Assembly (NCBI RefSeq): GCF_001194135.2
Contig: NC_068985.1
Location: 86,616,254-86,680,253 of the forward strand
Reading direction: 5' to 3'
Source of the DNA: Octopus bimaculoides
Taxonomy: Eukaryota
DNA length: 64,000 nucleotides
In this document: positions 23,507 through 37,681 of the stretch, one piece after another
How positions within the stretch are numbered: the first letter of the stretch is position 1
How the letters are laid out: every line of letters begins with the position of its first letter
Made by a program: the position numbers and the translations under genes
The notes under the pieces: generated by a model
What the model saw: the letters and a program-made list of their open reading frames with translations, nothing else
What the model was told of the DNA's origin: nothing
Databases searched by the model: none

Positions 23507-24044
23507 GAGAGAGAGACACACAGAGATATACACCCACACACCCATGTGCACATGCACGTATATATATGCACTTGCATACATCTGGGCACGGATTTTATTA
23601 ATCCCTAAAGCTAATGACATTTCCATACATACTAAGGTTGTGGCATTTATTCATCTAATTCTCTCATTGCATGGAATTTATCTCAGAACCACAAAGCAAA
23701 CAAACAACTCATCCAGCTTCCACTGGTTTTCCTAATTTATGACTCATCTGGACATTATGTAGCCTCATCATTTTAACATCACCTCTTCTATGCCAGCAAG
23801 GGGCCATGCACAATTTGTTGAGGTAGGTTTCCTATGGCTCGATGCCCTTCCTGTCACTAACACTCATCTCTTTCCAAGAAAGGCAATGTTTTCAAGGATA
23901 TTGGAAATGAAGGAAAAAGTTTTGTGTAAGGGTGATGCCTCTTTACAATTTAATGTGCAATTTGAAGACAAAGAGAAACAAACACAGTCACACACGCACA
24001 CACACACAAACACACACATACACACACATACTTACATATACATA

Positions 24045-24570
24045 TATTGGGTCATCCCATAAATAATGTGTTTATTTTTATACTTCTTTTGTATTTGAAA
24101 ATTTAGATAAGCAAAGTTCTTCTATAATCTAAAATATACTCTCCTTCATTTTCTACAATGATCTTCCATCTATCTGGTAGACTCACAAGGCCCCTCTTCC
24201 AAAATTCACTTATCTGTGATGAAAAATATTCCTTCAGTACTGTTCTCACTTCATCTACAGAATTCACATTTTTTCTGTCCAAATGATTTTGAAGAGTGCA
24301 GAATAAATGATATTCAGATGGGGAAATGTCCAATGAATATGGTGGGTGGGGCATCGTTTCCCATTCATACTGCTCCAGCCTTTGGAATGTCATCCTTGCT
24401 GTATATGGCTGAGCATTATCCTAATGGAAGAACACCTTTCATCTTGAAACCAAAGATGGTCGTTCTTCTTCTAGCACTGACTCAAGCCACACAAGCTGCT
24501 CGCAGTAGACTTCCTAGATTATCATTTGGTTTGGGTTTACAAAGATATATAAAACAATAAATCCTTTTCT
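24045..24570 (-). mobile_element. mariner transposase C-terminal remnant with one TIR
   Basis: ORF 24103..24393 has HPPYSLDISPSEYHLF...WKRGLVSLPDRWKIIVENEGEYI. TIR tattgggtcatcccataaataatg at 24045. Confidence 0.85.
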
Positions 24571-24799
24571 TGATAAACAAGTAAGGGTTTGTGAGAGGAA
24601 GAGCATCTGGCTGCCAAACAATGCCTCACTATTCCTCTAACCTCTGCTGTCATAGAAAGAATGGATGTAACCCCCTGCACCCCACCAAAAGTTATAATTT
24701 AAAGCCTCTTCATTCATTTCCTTGAACTTTGTGATTCATTTTGATTTGCTTGCTTTTTAAGGCCATTTTTCCATTTAATATATTTTCAATAGTTAAGGC

Positions 24800-25012
24800 C
24801 CCACGCTGGCAGAATCATTAGCATTCTAGATAAAATGTTTCATGACATTTCATTCATTTTTACATTCTGAGTTCAAATTCAACCATGGTTAACTTTACTT
24901 TTCCATCCTTTTAGGGTGATAAAATAAATACCAGTTGAATACTGGGGTCGATGTTATTGACTTACCCACCTCCTCCAGAACTTGTTAGCCTTGTTCCAAA
25001 ATTTTAAACCAA
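24800..25012 (+). mobile_element. Nin/Deu-domain SINE
   Basis: gctggcagaatcattagc...ttctgagttcaaattc...ttccatccttttagggtgataaaataaataccagttgaatactggggtcgatg. Confidence 0.75.
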
Positions 25013-25039
25013 TATGTTTTCAATGGTTTCAACCTTCTA

Positions 25040-25506
25040 CAGTTATTTGTGAACAATTGATGACTACGGACCGAGACCTTTGGAAATGGGCTGTGCGTGA
25101 GAAGACCCGGCAAGCCAAGTAAGATCGTTGCCAGTGCCCCTGGACTGGTTCTTGTGCGGGTGGCACATGAGATGCACCATTTTGAGCGTGGCCGTTGCCA
25201 GTACCGCCTGACTGGCTCCTGTAGGATTTTCGAGCGAGATCGTTGCCAGTGCCCCTGGACTGGCTTGTGCGGGTGGCACATAAAAGACACCATTTCGAGC
25301 GTGGCCGTTTTCGTGCGGGTGACACGTAAAAGCACCCACTACACTCTCTGAGTGGTTGGCGTTAGGAAGGGCATCCAGCTGTAGAAACTCTGCCAAATCG
25401 GACTGGAGCCTGGTGTTGCCATCCGGTTTCACCAGTCCTCAGTCAAATCGTCCAACCCATGCTAGCATGGAAAGCGGACGTTAAACGATGATGATGATGA
25501 TGATGA
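25040..25506 (+). mobile_element. young 5'-truncated RTE-clade LINE 3' end (last codons plus 3' UTR)
   Basis: Frame reads MTTDRDLWKWAVREKTRQAK*, like an RTE ORF C-terminus, followed by tandem UTR units and a (GAT)n tail. CpGs are retained. Confidence 0.8.
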
Positions 25507-26450
25507 TAATTGTTGAAAAGCAGAAGAACATTTAATGCATCTGTATGAAAGTACATGCAGAAATTAATCTATTATCAGCATGCAGAAGATAGTTTATTTC
25601 TGTCTAACAATACATAAAGTTATGTCCATCAATGCATGTCTGCATGTTAAGCAGGCTATGATATTATCAGTGTATACAATATATTGATTGCATTAATGAG
25701 TCAGCCGTAGGTAAGGACTTATCAATTAAAACCTAATGCCTCATATCAGTTTTCCTTATTCAATATCACTCTGTTGAGATTCCATTTAGGAATCACGTGA
25801 AATTAGAAGGAAAGATTTTGTGAATATATCCACAAATGCTAGAACTTGAGTTAATAGTCTTTTGAATGGTACCAGACAATGTAATCTTCAGAATATCTGG
25901 ATGTTGATATGTGATATGATATTGTCAATGTAGAGCTGTTTCGATTTTGAAGAAAATAGAAGATAACATTTTATCCTATTTAAGTGACTGAGAGGAACAC
26001 AAACCAACAGAGACAAAAGCAATAAAACAAAAATTAAGAATGTCACTTGAAACAATCCCATTTTTTTACTTTTAGCATGTTTCAAAATAAAGTCTTACTT
26101 ATTTTGGTTTGAAGACATAAAAGTTTCACAGAAAATCTAAAATATATAACATTAGGTTTCTTTCAGAATAAAAATCTACATGTTATTCTTTAAATTTTAC
26201 TGTTATCAGGATTATGAATCTTTATTTGCAGGTTCAAACTAAAAATTAGTGTCAAATTGCATTTTGTCAAAGGAAAATATAAGAATTTTCTGTTGTTTCA
26301 TCAAGGAACAGATTATTTTTGAAAGAAAAGAATCAAGTTGAGAAAACATCTGTTGTTAATGGAAGGCTGAAGAGGAAATATATTCTCCAACTTACCAAAC
26401 ACTTCAAAAATCAAATAATTCTGTATATTGATCTATTTTAAATACTGTTC

Positions 26451-26673
26451 ATAACCTTTTTGATACCAACCTACCTAAGACTGCATCATGTTCAATGATA
26501 TATTTTCATTTTAAAGTGATCTAAATTGAACCAATTATAAATATTCCCTGTTAACATATTCTAAACACCAGCTTAATAATGATAAAGTTATTTTACTGAA
26601 TTTTTCATTGTTTTCAAAATTACCTGATACAAAGCCAGTGCATTTCAGCTTAATATGGAAACAAAAGGGTTAA
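26451..26673. mobile_element. piggyBac-like MITE
   Basis: Ends ataacctttttgatac ... gaaacaaaagggttaa. Internal similarity in reverse orientation to 57585-57927 and ~34272-34450. Confidence 0.55.
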
Positions 26674-27420
26674 AGTGATCTGAAATTAAAACTTCCATCT
26701 AAATTTCATGTTAATTTATGTTCCTAATACCAGCACAACAAAGACAAAGATACTTTATCACATTCTTCATAATTTTCAAAGACAATGTATTTCAACAAAA
26801 ATATAGTACCAAAAGGATTAAAGAATTTGGAGTTTATGCAGCACAGCAAAATACATTGCCAAATCAGATTGGAGCCTGGTGTAGCCATCTGGTTCACCAG
26901 TCCTCTGTCAAATCGTCCAACCCATGCTAGCATGGGAAGCAGATGTTAAACGATGAGGATGATGATGATGACTACATGACTCAGACATTTTGATTGCAAT
27001 CTATTGTGCCACATTCACCTTCTAAGCTGTCAGACCTGGAGACTCATTCCTAATATGGAGAAATCTGGATTTAAAGTTGTGAACTTTTGAACTTAAGCCA
27101 GTGATCAACTTCGTTAGACAATTTAACAAAATTTATCACTGGAGAAATTTCAAAGTCACTGTCAACTTTCTTCTTGTAAAAATAAGTTTTATGATCAACT
27201 TAAATGGCTGCACCAAGCTCAATCTAATCTGGCAAAGTTTCTACAGCTGGATGCCCTTCCTAATGCCAACCACTTCACTACACTCTCAGAGTGGTTGGCA
27301 TTAGGAAGGGCATCCAGCTGTAGAAACCATACCAAACCAGACAACTGGAGTGGGGACTGCTCTCTGCTGGCCAAACCGTCAAGAATGGAAAACACATGTT
27401 AAATGATGATGATGATGATG

Positions 27421-27458
<38 letters not shown>

Positions 27459-27679
27459 GTACACACACACACACACCCCCACACACACACGCACGCACAC
27501 ACACACCCACCCACACCCACACCCATACCCACCCACACACTTATGCATATATATTTGTATCTCTTTTTCTTGATGTTGCATTATAATTGTAAATGAGTGT
27601 CCCTGTCATACAAGCAGTGTCATTCATTTGCAATATTCTGCATAAACATATCTGACCAGAAGTGAGTATTCTTTTTTGC

Positions 27680-27863
27680 TCTAGGGGAAGGGTCCAGTCG
27701 ATTAGATCGACCCCAGTACACAACTGGTACTTAATTTAGCAACCCCGAAAGGATGAAAGGCAAAGATGACCTCGGCGGAATTTGAACTCAGAACTCAGAA
27801 GACAGACGAAATACTGCTAAGCATTTTGCCCAGCATGCTAACGATTCTGCCAACTCACCACCT
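27680..27863 (-). mobile_element. Nin/Deu-domain SINE
   Basis: gtcgattagatcgaccccagt...ccccgaaaggatgaaaggcaaagatgacctcggcggaatttgaactcagaac...gctaacgattctgccaactc. Confidence 0.85.
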
Positions 27864-28898
27864 ACCAGGAGTGAGTATTACCTTGTTTGGAAATGGATGA
27901 GTGTTGGTGACAGGAATGGCATCCAGCAGTGAAAAATTTGCCTCAACAAATTCCATCTTACAACATGTGCAATCATTGAAAAAGTGGATGTTAAAATAAT
28001 CACAATACCCCACGGGTCCTCTACTACTTATGAAAATTTAAGAACGAAGATATAATTTAATTCAAATATCAGCTTTTCATTTATTTTATTGAAGAATAAA
28101 TGACATACAACCTATAGAAATTAATACTTCAGTAAATTTACTCATATTTTCCCCAATAGGTATACTTCTACAACTTCAGAAATGAGAAACAGAAATGGAT
28201 TCCTTCATTTGAAGGCTCCAATTTTAATAGTTAGATCCTGTATGTTGTGATGATAAGAACAAATCTTTTGGCAAAACCATTCCCTATATATTTTTTTCAT
28301 ATTCATTACGTAATTTTTCTATTTGAAAACCTCGTCTACAAACTATTACAACAGGTGAAGACTAACAAATGTAATAACTCGACAGATAATTTGATTTTGT
28401 TGTTCTTACAGCAGTTCCTGTCTTGATTCACTCCTAAAAAAAATAATGGAAAATACATAAACAAAAAAGAGAAAAAGAAAACAATAATTTTGCAATCTAC
28501 TTAGATTTAAAATTCAACTTTAAACTCTATAACAATATTCTGATATGTAATACAATAGAAAATGTTCTTTTAGTGTTGTTAATGTAGTTTTCATTTTCTT
28601 TTTTTTTTTTTCAATAATGAAGAAAAACAAATTCATATCTGGTCAATATTAACTCTTGTTGGCAAATATAAATATTTGTGTTATACTCACACACACACAA
28701 ACACAGACACTAACAGACACACACAGACACACACACACACACTCATGCAAATACTCATTAGAAACAAAACAATTGTGAAGCAAAAAGATAAAGAAATACT
28801 GCAAGGAATTGATAAAAAATACTCACGCGTCACTCCTCTCTCTCTCTCTCTTCCTCTGTGTGTGTGTGTGTGTGTATGTACATGTATATATACATATT

Positions 28899-28933
<35 letters not shown>

Positions 28934-30266
28934 ATGTATTCCAAACCATGTTCTGTCCCACAGCATAGCACTACCTGAGTCGATTTGGTGGACAGAAACT
29001 GAGACAGGGCCATGGTGTATGTATATACGTGGGTATGTATATATGTGTATGTATGTATGCATATATGTGTGTGCATTGACTTGTTTCAAAACAGGTTGGG
29101 GTTGATGACCCAAAGGGAATCTGGTCATTGGAAATCTATCTCAAAATATTTTGCTTACCCAATGCCAGCATGGAAAAGTAGATGTTAAAATGATGATGAT
29201 GATGATGATGTATCCAATTTAATACTATTTCTTATATTCTTTACCATTGGAGAAACTGGAAAGCTACACTTTGCTGAACTTAGAGATTGTTCTAGCAGGG
29301 AAGCCCCCAACCCCACCCCACCCCCATCTCTCACCTTTGGTATTCCCTATTTAGTCTCATAAATAGGAAGCAAGCAAACGAGAATTTTCCACGTGATCAC
29401 TCAAATTTCTGCAATTAGTAATAATAGCTGAATCACCCCCAAGCCCCACCCCACCTTTTCAAATAAGATGATTGACATAGAAGAATGTAGTCCGTGTTAT
29501 AAAAAAAGTGAGGTTGTCACAGTTGGAACGCCTTTGATCATTGGCTGATTTGATTAGCTTGATTTGAGGCTAAAAAACATCATAAAGTATTTAAAATCAT
29601 AGAAAAAGTGTTATACTGAGGATCATCATCATCATCGTTTAACGTCCGCCTTCCATGCTAGCATGGGTTGGACGATTTGACTGAGGACTGGCGAATGGTT
29701 CTCTTATTTTACCTCTTACTCTTCTTCCCCTAAGTGTGTGTATGTGGGTCATTCAATGAAAAGGTTGGTGTCTGTGGTCAGTCTTAGAGACGGCTAAGTT
29801 CTGCCAGGTCTTAAAATACCCAAGACATACTGTATGTGACAACAGGACCACAATGATTCATCAATGAGTTAAGGATCCAAGGCAAAGCAAAGCCACACTA
29901 TTTTTGCCATTAGTGTGACAGTGAACTTAAATTTTCTTTAAATAAGATTTAAAATTAAAGCTCATTGAAGATTATTAATTAGCTAAAAGATTATTAATTG
30001 GCTAAAATATGTCACATGAGGAAAAAAATTGAGAAGAACAGCTCTATATCATAAAACATTGTCATAAAGAATGAATGAAAGAATTGAAGAAAATGTTAGA
30101 GTTGCCAGGAAACATCACAAAAGTTAGACATGAGATTAACAGGGAAAGAATTTCCACAAATTTCTTACTAAAGCAAACCTTGTAAAGTTTGGAGTTGTGA
30201 GGCAAGATGACACAGTTGGAAAGTGCAATCAGAAAGATAATTTTAGCTGTGAATATTATGTTAACC

Positions 30267-31986
30267 CAGTGAATCTCAACCATTGTGTCATAGCACACAC
30301 GGGTGCTGTGAGATCTTCCTAAGTGTGCTGCTTGCTGAGTCAGTCATCCTCTTAGCTTGCAAAAAGATGGTAAGATCCATGTTTGGTGAAAAAGCTGAGA
30401 AGGAATTGAATAATATCCTGCTTTCAAATGATACAATACATAGAAGAAACCTAGATATATCGAAAAAATATTGAAGACAATGTTCAGAAAAAGCTTAAGA
30501 ATTCTAATTTTGCTTTAACCATGGATGAGTCCACTAATATCAGTAATAAAAATCAATTGCTTGTATTTATATGTTTTATTGATGAGAATGAAATAATCAA
30601 TCAATTTTTGTGCTGTAAAGAAATGCCCACAACGACAAGAGGTCAAAGTATTTTTGATTTGATAACAAGCTACCTCAAAGAAATGAATTTGTCTTGGCGG
30701 TCCTGTGTTTGCATTTGCCCCAATGGAGCCCCATGCACGAAAAGCTGTATTAAAGATTTGTATCCTTCATAGAAAAAGAAAATCCAAATCTCATTTGTAC
30801 TCGTTGCTTTCTACATAGAGAAATTCTTGTTTCAAAAATATTGCAGGAAGATTTAAAGGTTGCATTACATCAAGTTGTTGGAATGGTCAATTATATAAAA
30901 AGTAGGCCATTGAAGTCACGATTATTTACACAACTGTGCAAAGAGATGGACTCTCAGCATGTTCAGTTATTAATGCACACTGAAGTTTGTTGGCTGTCGA
31001 AAGGCAAAGTACTAAATCGTGTTCGCAAGGAATTACTATCATTTTCTCTCCAGGAAAAACAGGAGAAATTCTGTGAAAACCTTAGTTGTGAATTTTGGAT
31101 ATCTAAAATGGAATACTTAACAGAAATATTTAAGGAACTAAATAAGACAAACAAGGTAAAAACGAAAACATTCTCACTTCAACAGACAAGTTAGATGCCT
31201 TCAAAAAGAAAATTGTGATTTGGAAAGAAAAGATCAATCACTGGTCATCTTGATATGATTCCTTATTGCGTTCTATACTTACATTAGAGAAATGATCCCT
31301 ATTTTGGTTACTCATCTGACAACCCTGGACGAAAGCATCAACAATTACTTTCCGTCATTAAAGACAAAAAAGTATGATTGGATTAGAGATCCTTTCATAA
31401 ATCATTCTTCCAACATTGAATTTGTGTTACAGGAAGAAGAAGAATTGGCTACCCTTTCTAGTGACCAAGGGTTAAAATTAAAACATTTGATTCTACCCAT
31501 TGATTCAATTTGGATTTCAATTCAAGACGAGTATCCCATATTCTGTAAAAGAGCTTTAGTAAATTCATTATAATTTTCAACTTCTTATACATGTGAATTA
31601 GGCTTCTCAACATTAAACAGCATCAAAAACAAGAAGCACCAGAGACTACATATAACGGAAGAAGAAACGAGGGTATGTCTGTCTTATATTCGACCAAACA
31701 TTGAGGAAATTATGAATAAAAGCCAGGCACAAATTTCTCACTAAAGAAGTCAGCTATTTGACTGATGAAATTCGAAACACTGCAATAAATTTCATGGTTG
31801 TATCTTTATTTAGTTTGAGTTATTCTATGTGTCTATGTCTAGTCTGTGTCTGCAGTTATAGGCTGTCTATGACTTGCCATATTTTTATTTGTGTATATAT
31901 TTTTCATACATATTTAGCCAGGTGTGCCACTATTTTTTCATGAGTCCCAAGGTGTGCCATTGGCAAAAAAAGGTTGAGAACCACTG
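30267..31986 (+). mobile_element. Charlie/Buster-type hAT transposon, internally deleted, frameshifted transposase
   Basis: TIRs CAGTGAATCTCAAC (30267) and GTTGAGAACCACTG (ends 31986). ORF pieces contain LLSNDTIHRR, MDESTNISNKNQLL, MVNYIKSRPLKSRLF, LMHTEVCWLSKGKVL, YDWIRDPF and STSYTCELGFSTL. Confidence 0.9.
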
Positions 31987-32103
31987 CATTGACAGCTCCT
32001 CTCAAACTGTCCAACCCATGCTAGCGTGGAAGGTGGATGTTAAACAATGATGATGATGATGATATATAGATATGTGTGTAATATATATATATATATATAT
32101 ATA

Positions 32104-32803
32104 NNNNNNNNNNNNNNNNNNNNNNNNNNNNNNNNNNNNNNNNNNNNNNNNNNNNNNNNNNNNNNNNNNNNNNNNNNNNNNNNNNNNNNNNNNNNNNNNN
32201 NNNNNNNNNNNNNNNNNNNNNNNNNNNNNNNNNNNNNNNNNNNNNNNNNNNNNNNNNNNNNNNNNNNNNNNNNNNNNNNNNNNNNNNNNNNNNNNNNNNN
32301 NNNNNNNNNNNNNNNNNNNNNNNNNNNNNNNNNNNNNNNNNNNNNNNNNNNNNNNNNNNNNNNNNNNNNNNNNNNNNNNNNNNNNNNNNNNNNNNNNNNN
32401 NNNNNNNNNNNNNNNNNNNNNNNNNNNNNNNNNNNNNNNNNNNNNNNNNNNNNNNNNNNNNNNNNNNNNNNNNNNNNNNNNNNNNNNNNNNNNNNNNNNN
32501 NNNNNNNNNNNNNNNNNNNNNNNNNNNNNNNNNNNNNNNNNNNNNNNNNNNNNNNNNNNNNNNNNNNNNNNNNNNNNNNNNNNNNNNNNNNNNNNNNNNN
32601 NNNNNNNNNNNNNNNNNNNNNNNNNNNNNNNNNNNNNNNNNNNNNNNNNNNNNNNNNNNNNNNNNNNNNNNNNNNNNNNNNNNNNNNNNNNNNNNNNNNN
32701 NNNNNNNNNNNNNNNNNNNNNNNNNNNNNNNNNNNNNNNNNNNNNNNNNNNNNNNNNNNNNNNNNNNNNNNNNNNNNNNNNNNNNNNNNNNNNNNNNNNN
32801 NNN
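32104..32803. other. assembly gap
   Basis: Run of N. Confidence 1.
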
Positions 32804-33002
32804 AGGCACACACACATACACACACACACAACTATTTACATGCACGCATGCAGACACATATATTCAGTTACGTACTCATACTGTCTGAAGTCTATAAAAA
32901 AAGTTCTTTGTTTGATAACCGATCTATTTTCTCTATTTATCATTATCTATATTCGTGTTGTTTTTGATGCTGTTATCATTATCTTTATTATTATTATTAT
33001 TA

Positions 33003-33036
<34 letters not shown>

Positions 33037-33277
33037 TGCTATTTGTTTCATGATGATCTGATGGCAATTATCTTTGTATTACACCTGAACCTTATTATTT
33101 TGTTTATAACCCTTGTTACATGCTTGACTAACACATTGAAACTGGGTGTATGTGTGTGTTAGATACATACATATACACACACACATATATCTATATGAAT
33201 TATATACTGATGTACAAATATATATTCACATGGAAATATATAATACACATACAGATACATAAACATATGTATGTATG

Positions 33278-33321
<44 letters not shown>

Positions 33322-33338
33322 CGTGTGTNNNNNNNNNN

Positions 33339-33388
<50 letters not shown>

Positions 33389-34767
33389 CATGTATATATA
33401 TATATATACATACATATAGATATATACATATAGGTATATATATATATGTGTGTGTGTATGTATGTATACACACACACACACACACACATGCACAAACACA
33501 CGTATATAGATCTGTGCATGCAAACCAACAAGTCCTACGCTTCATCAATACTCGAATGAACTCTTTTGGTTCCACTTAAGCGAATATAATACAATTTCGT
33601 TACATGATTAACTCATAAACAGCTTATCAGTGTATCAAACACAACTCATTAAGTTCCACCGAAATCAAGAGAATATTTCTCCATAGATTTTTCTTCTTGA
33701 TTAATAAAATACTCCTTAGCTTACGTTATTGAACATATTTCTAATTGATCCTATAAAAAGAGAACTGTTTTCAACAACATATATTTATGACTCCACAACA
33801 TCTCTGTTTGTTTATGTCTCAACTGAAATGCTTCCTACGGATCAAAGCTAGGGAGCCGTGTTTCTTTATCTCCAATGGTTACTTCATACAGGATATTTAC
33901 TTGTTTTTCATTTGCAAGGCTAATAAAATTGCCTTGTGAATTCATTAAAGACTTTCTTCTTGTCTAGCGATTGATATCATATGATTTTTTGTCTATATTT
34001 TTTATAGACGTTTTCTTGTTTATTCATAAATAAAAAAGAAAAAGAACCCACTAAAAACATTCTATTTCTGTCCCTATTTTGTTGAATTTTTTAAAATCTT
34101 TTAGCCAGGAAGAAAGACAGGGTCCATGACCCTTCACAGCCTTCCAAAACTAAGGGAGACAGTGAGGCTGGCATTCTCAAACTGACAATCTATCCTGGAT
34201 ACTGTGAACAGAGTGGACCCTACTAAAGGCACCTGAGAACCTTGGTTGTGATCTGAAGCTTTGCATTAAACTTAACCATTTCTTTGCAAAATTTCTGATG
34301 GAAAACATTGCTTTTCTTTCAATTAAATTTGAAAATGATGAAGAATTTAATAAAACAATGTTCTCATTGTTAATCTAGTATTTTAATGATGGAAGGTTTT
34401 AATTTAAATCACTTTAAAATGTTTAACCTATAGAACCAGGTGTGATTTCAGGCTCTGACATTGCTTCTGGTTCTGTGAAAATGGTTGAGTCTATCAAGCA
34501 AGTAGCCAAAGTGAAATTTGAACTCACAATATACAAAGCCAGAACAAATGCTGCAAGGTAACCACCCAGCCAAAAATTCTTAGAGGTCTTCTAGTTTTCC
34601 GTCTTGGGTCGATGTTTTTTTTAGCTTCCTCTCCACCCCACACACATGAAAATGAAAAGGAAAGTTTACCACAAAATAATTTGAACCCAGAATGTCAACC
34701 ATTCTTTCCAACACACTAAATGTTCTGCCAGTTGACATAATCGGTTTTCTTCTGAAATTCCCATATT

Positions 34768-35197
34768 TGTCTTCTATCTCTTACTTGTTCGAATCATTAA
34801 ACTGTGGCCATGCTGGGGCACCACCTTGATGAATTTTAGTCAAACTAATCAACTCCAGTGCTTACTTTTTTTTTAAAGCCTCATACTTATTGTATCAGTC
34901 TCTTTCGCTGAACTGCTAAGTTACAGGGATGTAAACACACCAACACTGATTGTCAAGAGGTGGTGGGGACAAACACAGATGCACACACATGCAGACACAC
35001 ACACACACACAAATGTATGCACATATATATAGATGTTAGGTTTCCTTCAATTTCTATTTACCAAATCCACTCCGAAGGCTTTGGTCAACCTGAGGCTACA
35101 GTAGAAGACATTTACTCAAGGTGCCTCACAGTGGGACTGAACCTGAAATAATGTTATTGGGAAGCAAACTTCTTACCACACAGCTATGCCTGCACCT
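34768..35197 (-). mobile_element. near full-length OR-type tRNA-derived SINE
   Basis: Reverse complement begins ggtgcaggcatagctgtgtggtaagaagtttgcttcccaat... and includes the core, a CA tract and the ccccagcatggccacag tail. Confidence 0.85.
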
Positions 35198-36009
35198 ATT
35201 TGTTTGTTTTTCTTTACAGCCAAATGTTTAAGAGGTTTGCTTTCGAATCCTGAGGTCCTCATCTTTATTTCACACAATGGCATCTTGAGCAAATGTTCTC
35301 TGTTAAAATCTAGGGAGAAAGTGGATAGATGGAAACTGTGTGGAATACCCATTGAATGGATTTTTCAGGTGATTTAAAGGCTCAGCTTTGTCAAAAGGTG
35401 TCACAGTTTCTGCCTTTCTGTCTTTGGAATACTCAACCACTTACATGCTGATTCCATCCATTTTTATGACTTTACTAGACTTACTACATAGTGTTACCTG
35501 GTAAAGTGTTCATTAAAGACACTCCATTCTCAGACATAGGGGTTATGCTGGTCGATGAATTAAATCTACCAACCAACCAACCAACCAACCAAGAGTGTCA
35601 TGACAGGATTTGAACTCAGAATGCAAGGAAGTGGAACAAATACCACAAAGTATCTGGGCCTACGTTCTTACAGTTCTGCTAATCAATTGTTTTGGTTTGG
35701 TCCTTTTTAATCAGCCCCAAAGAAGATGAAAGCTGAATTTCATCCTGGAGGGATTTGAACTCTGATTCAGAGGTTTGGAACTAACACCACAAGGCATTCT
35801 ATAGAATATGTAATGACTCTAGCAATTGCCCCTCTTAATGGAATCTTGACACAATAAATTGCAGGTGTAAAGGGAACATTACACGAGAACAACTGCAAGA
35901 GTGAGATTTCAAAGTAATTTTTGGTGAAATGCAGTGTTTGGGTGCATGGGGGGGGGGTTTATAATTGGGTGCATGGGGAGGAAGGATATCACTAGGATAG
36001 TAATGGATA

Positions 36010-36892
36010 AGAGAGAGAGAGGAGAAAGAGGGAGAGAAAGAGAAATAAAGGGAAAGAGAGAAAGAGAGCGAGAAAGGGAGAGAGAGAGAGAAAGAATGAA
36101 AAAGGAAAAAGAAAGAGAGGTGAAATAGAAAGAGAAAAAAGGATAAAACGAGAGAGAGAGAGAGAGAAGGAGAGTGAGAAAGAAAAACGAGAGCTAGAGA
36201 AAGAGGGAAAGAGAAAGAGAGAGAGAGAGAGAGAACTTTTGATTTTTTTTTTCTTTTAGCCAAGTGAGTCTGAATGTAAACTAGAAAACAGAATTGCTGT
36301 CAAAGGATTCTTCCTGGAATAAAAATGGCTTTGGAAATGGATGGGGATGGTGGTGGTGGTGGTGGTGGTGGTTGTGATGATGATGCTGATGATGAAAATG
36401 ATGGTTGTGATGAGGGTAGCAGTGCTGTTGGTGGTAGTAATGGTGATGATGATGATAGAGATTATATCACTGTTGGTGGAGATGGTGAAGTTGATGACAG
36501 TGGTGTTGGTGGTGGTGGTGGTGGTAGTGGTGGTGGTTATGGAGTTGATGATGGAGATGTTGGAGAGGATGGCTTTTCCTAGAGATGTTGGTGGCAAAGG
36601 AGGTGATGATAGAAATGATGGTGATGGTGGGGATGGTGGTAACAGTGGTGATGGTCATGTGTTGGAAGCAGTAACGCAACTGAAACCATTAATGGTTGTA
36701 TTAGCAATGGTTAATGGTAACGTAAAAGAAAGAAATATTATTGTTGAAGAATGGTGAAGGAGTTTAGTTATTTCTTCCTTCTCCTCCTCCTCCTTCTTCG
36801 TGTTAATTCTTCATCTTGTTGCTGTTGTTCTTTCTTTGTTGTTTTCATCCTCCTCCCCCTTCTCCTCCTCCTCCTCCACCAACCAGTACTTC

Positions 36893-36928
<36 letters not shown>

Positions 36929-37060
36929 CACCATCAAAACTGATTCCACCAACGTCGCTGCCGCCGCTGCCACCACCGTCATGTCTGCTGCGACCACCGC
37001 CTCCTCCGCCTCCAACTTCGCCACCTCCAATGCCTCTGCCGCCATTTCTGATTCATTCCT
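36010..37060. repeat. (GA)n tract followed by compound (GGT/GAT)n and (CCT/ACT/CAC)n low-complexity DNA
   Basis: Direct inspection. Source of the poly-G/V/T/P ORFs. Confidence 0.9.
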
Positions 37061-37439
37061 TTTTATTTCATGTTGTATTTGTTAAGGGAGAACTAACGAA
37101 TACATGCATGTGCAAAAAAAAATAATCGTCAGTGAAAGGGTAGGGGTAGTGGCAGAGGGAATACATCTGAACTGAAAGGCACCACCTCCAACTCCCTCCA
37201 CCACCACCACCAACAATTTTGCTAAATATCTTGCAGAGATTTATCAAACTGCCACAGAATTTGGAACTATTTATAACTAAATGCCTTTCTCTCAGATAAT
37301 GGAACCTTCACTGAAATCTTAAAAATCACAATCAATGCTCTGGCCTTTTCTTCTACCTTTTCACAAAATATCATCAACATTCCATTGCTGGATACACACC
37401 TGGATTCCACCACCTTTGCAAAATTTACAAAAACATTCT

Positions 37440-37535
37440 CCATGTTCTTGTTACCTCCACCTCCTCCTCCTCCTCCTCCTCCTCATTATCATCGTCATCA
37501 TCATCATCATCATCATCATCGCCACCACCACCACC

Positions 37536-37566
<31 letters not shown>

Positions 37567-37680
37567 CCACCACCACCACCATCATCATCATCGTCATCAT
37601 CATCACCACTACCACCATCATCATCATCATTGTCACCATCATCATCATCATTGTCATTGTCATCATCATCATCGTTATCT
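37440..37680. repeat. (CAT/CAC)n compound microsatellite
   Basis: Direct inspection. The poly-His ORF is an artefact. Confidence 0.95.
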
Positions 37681-37681
37681 T

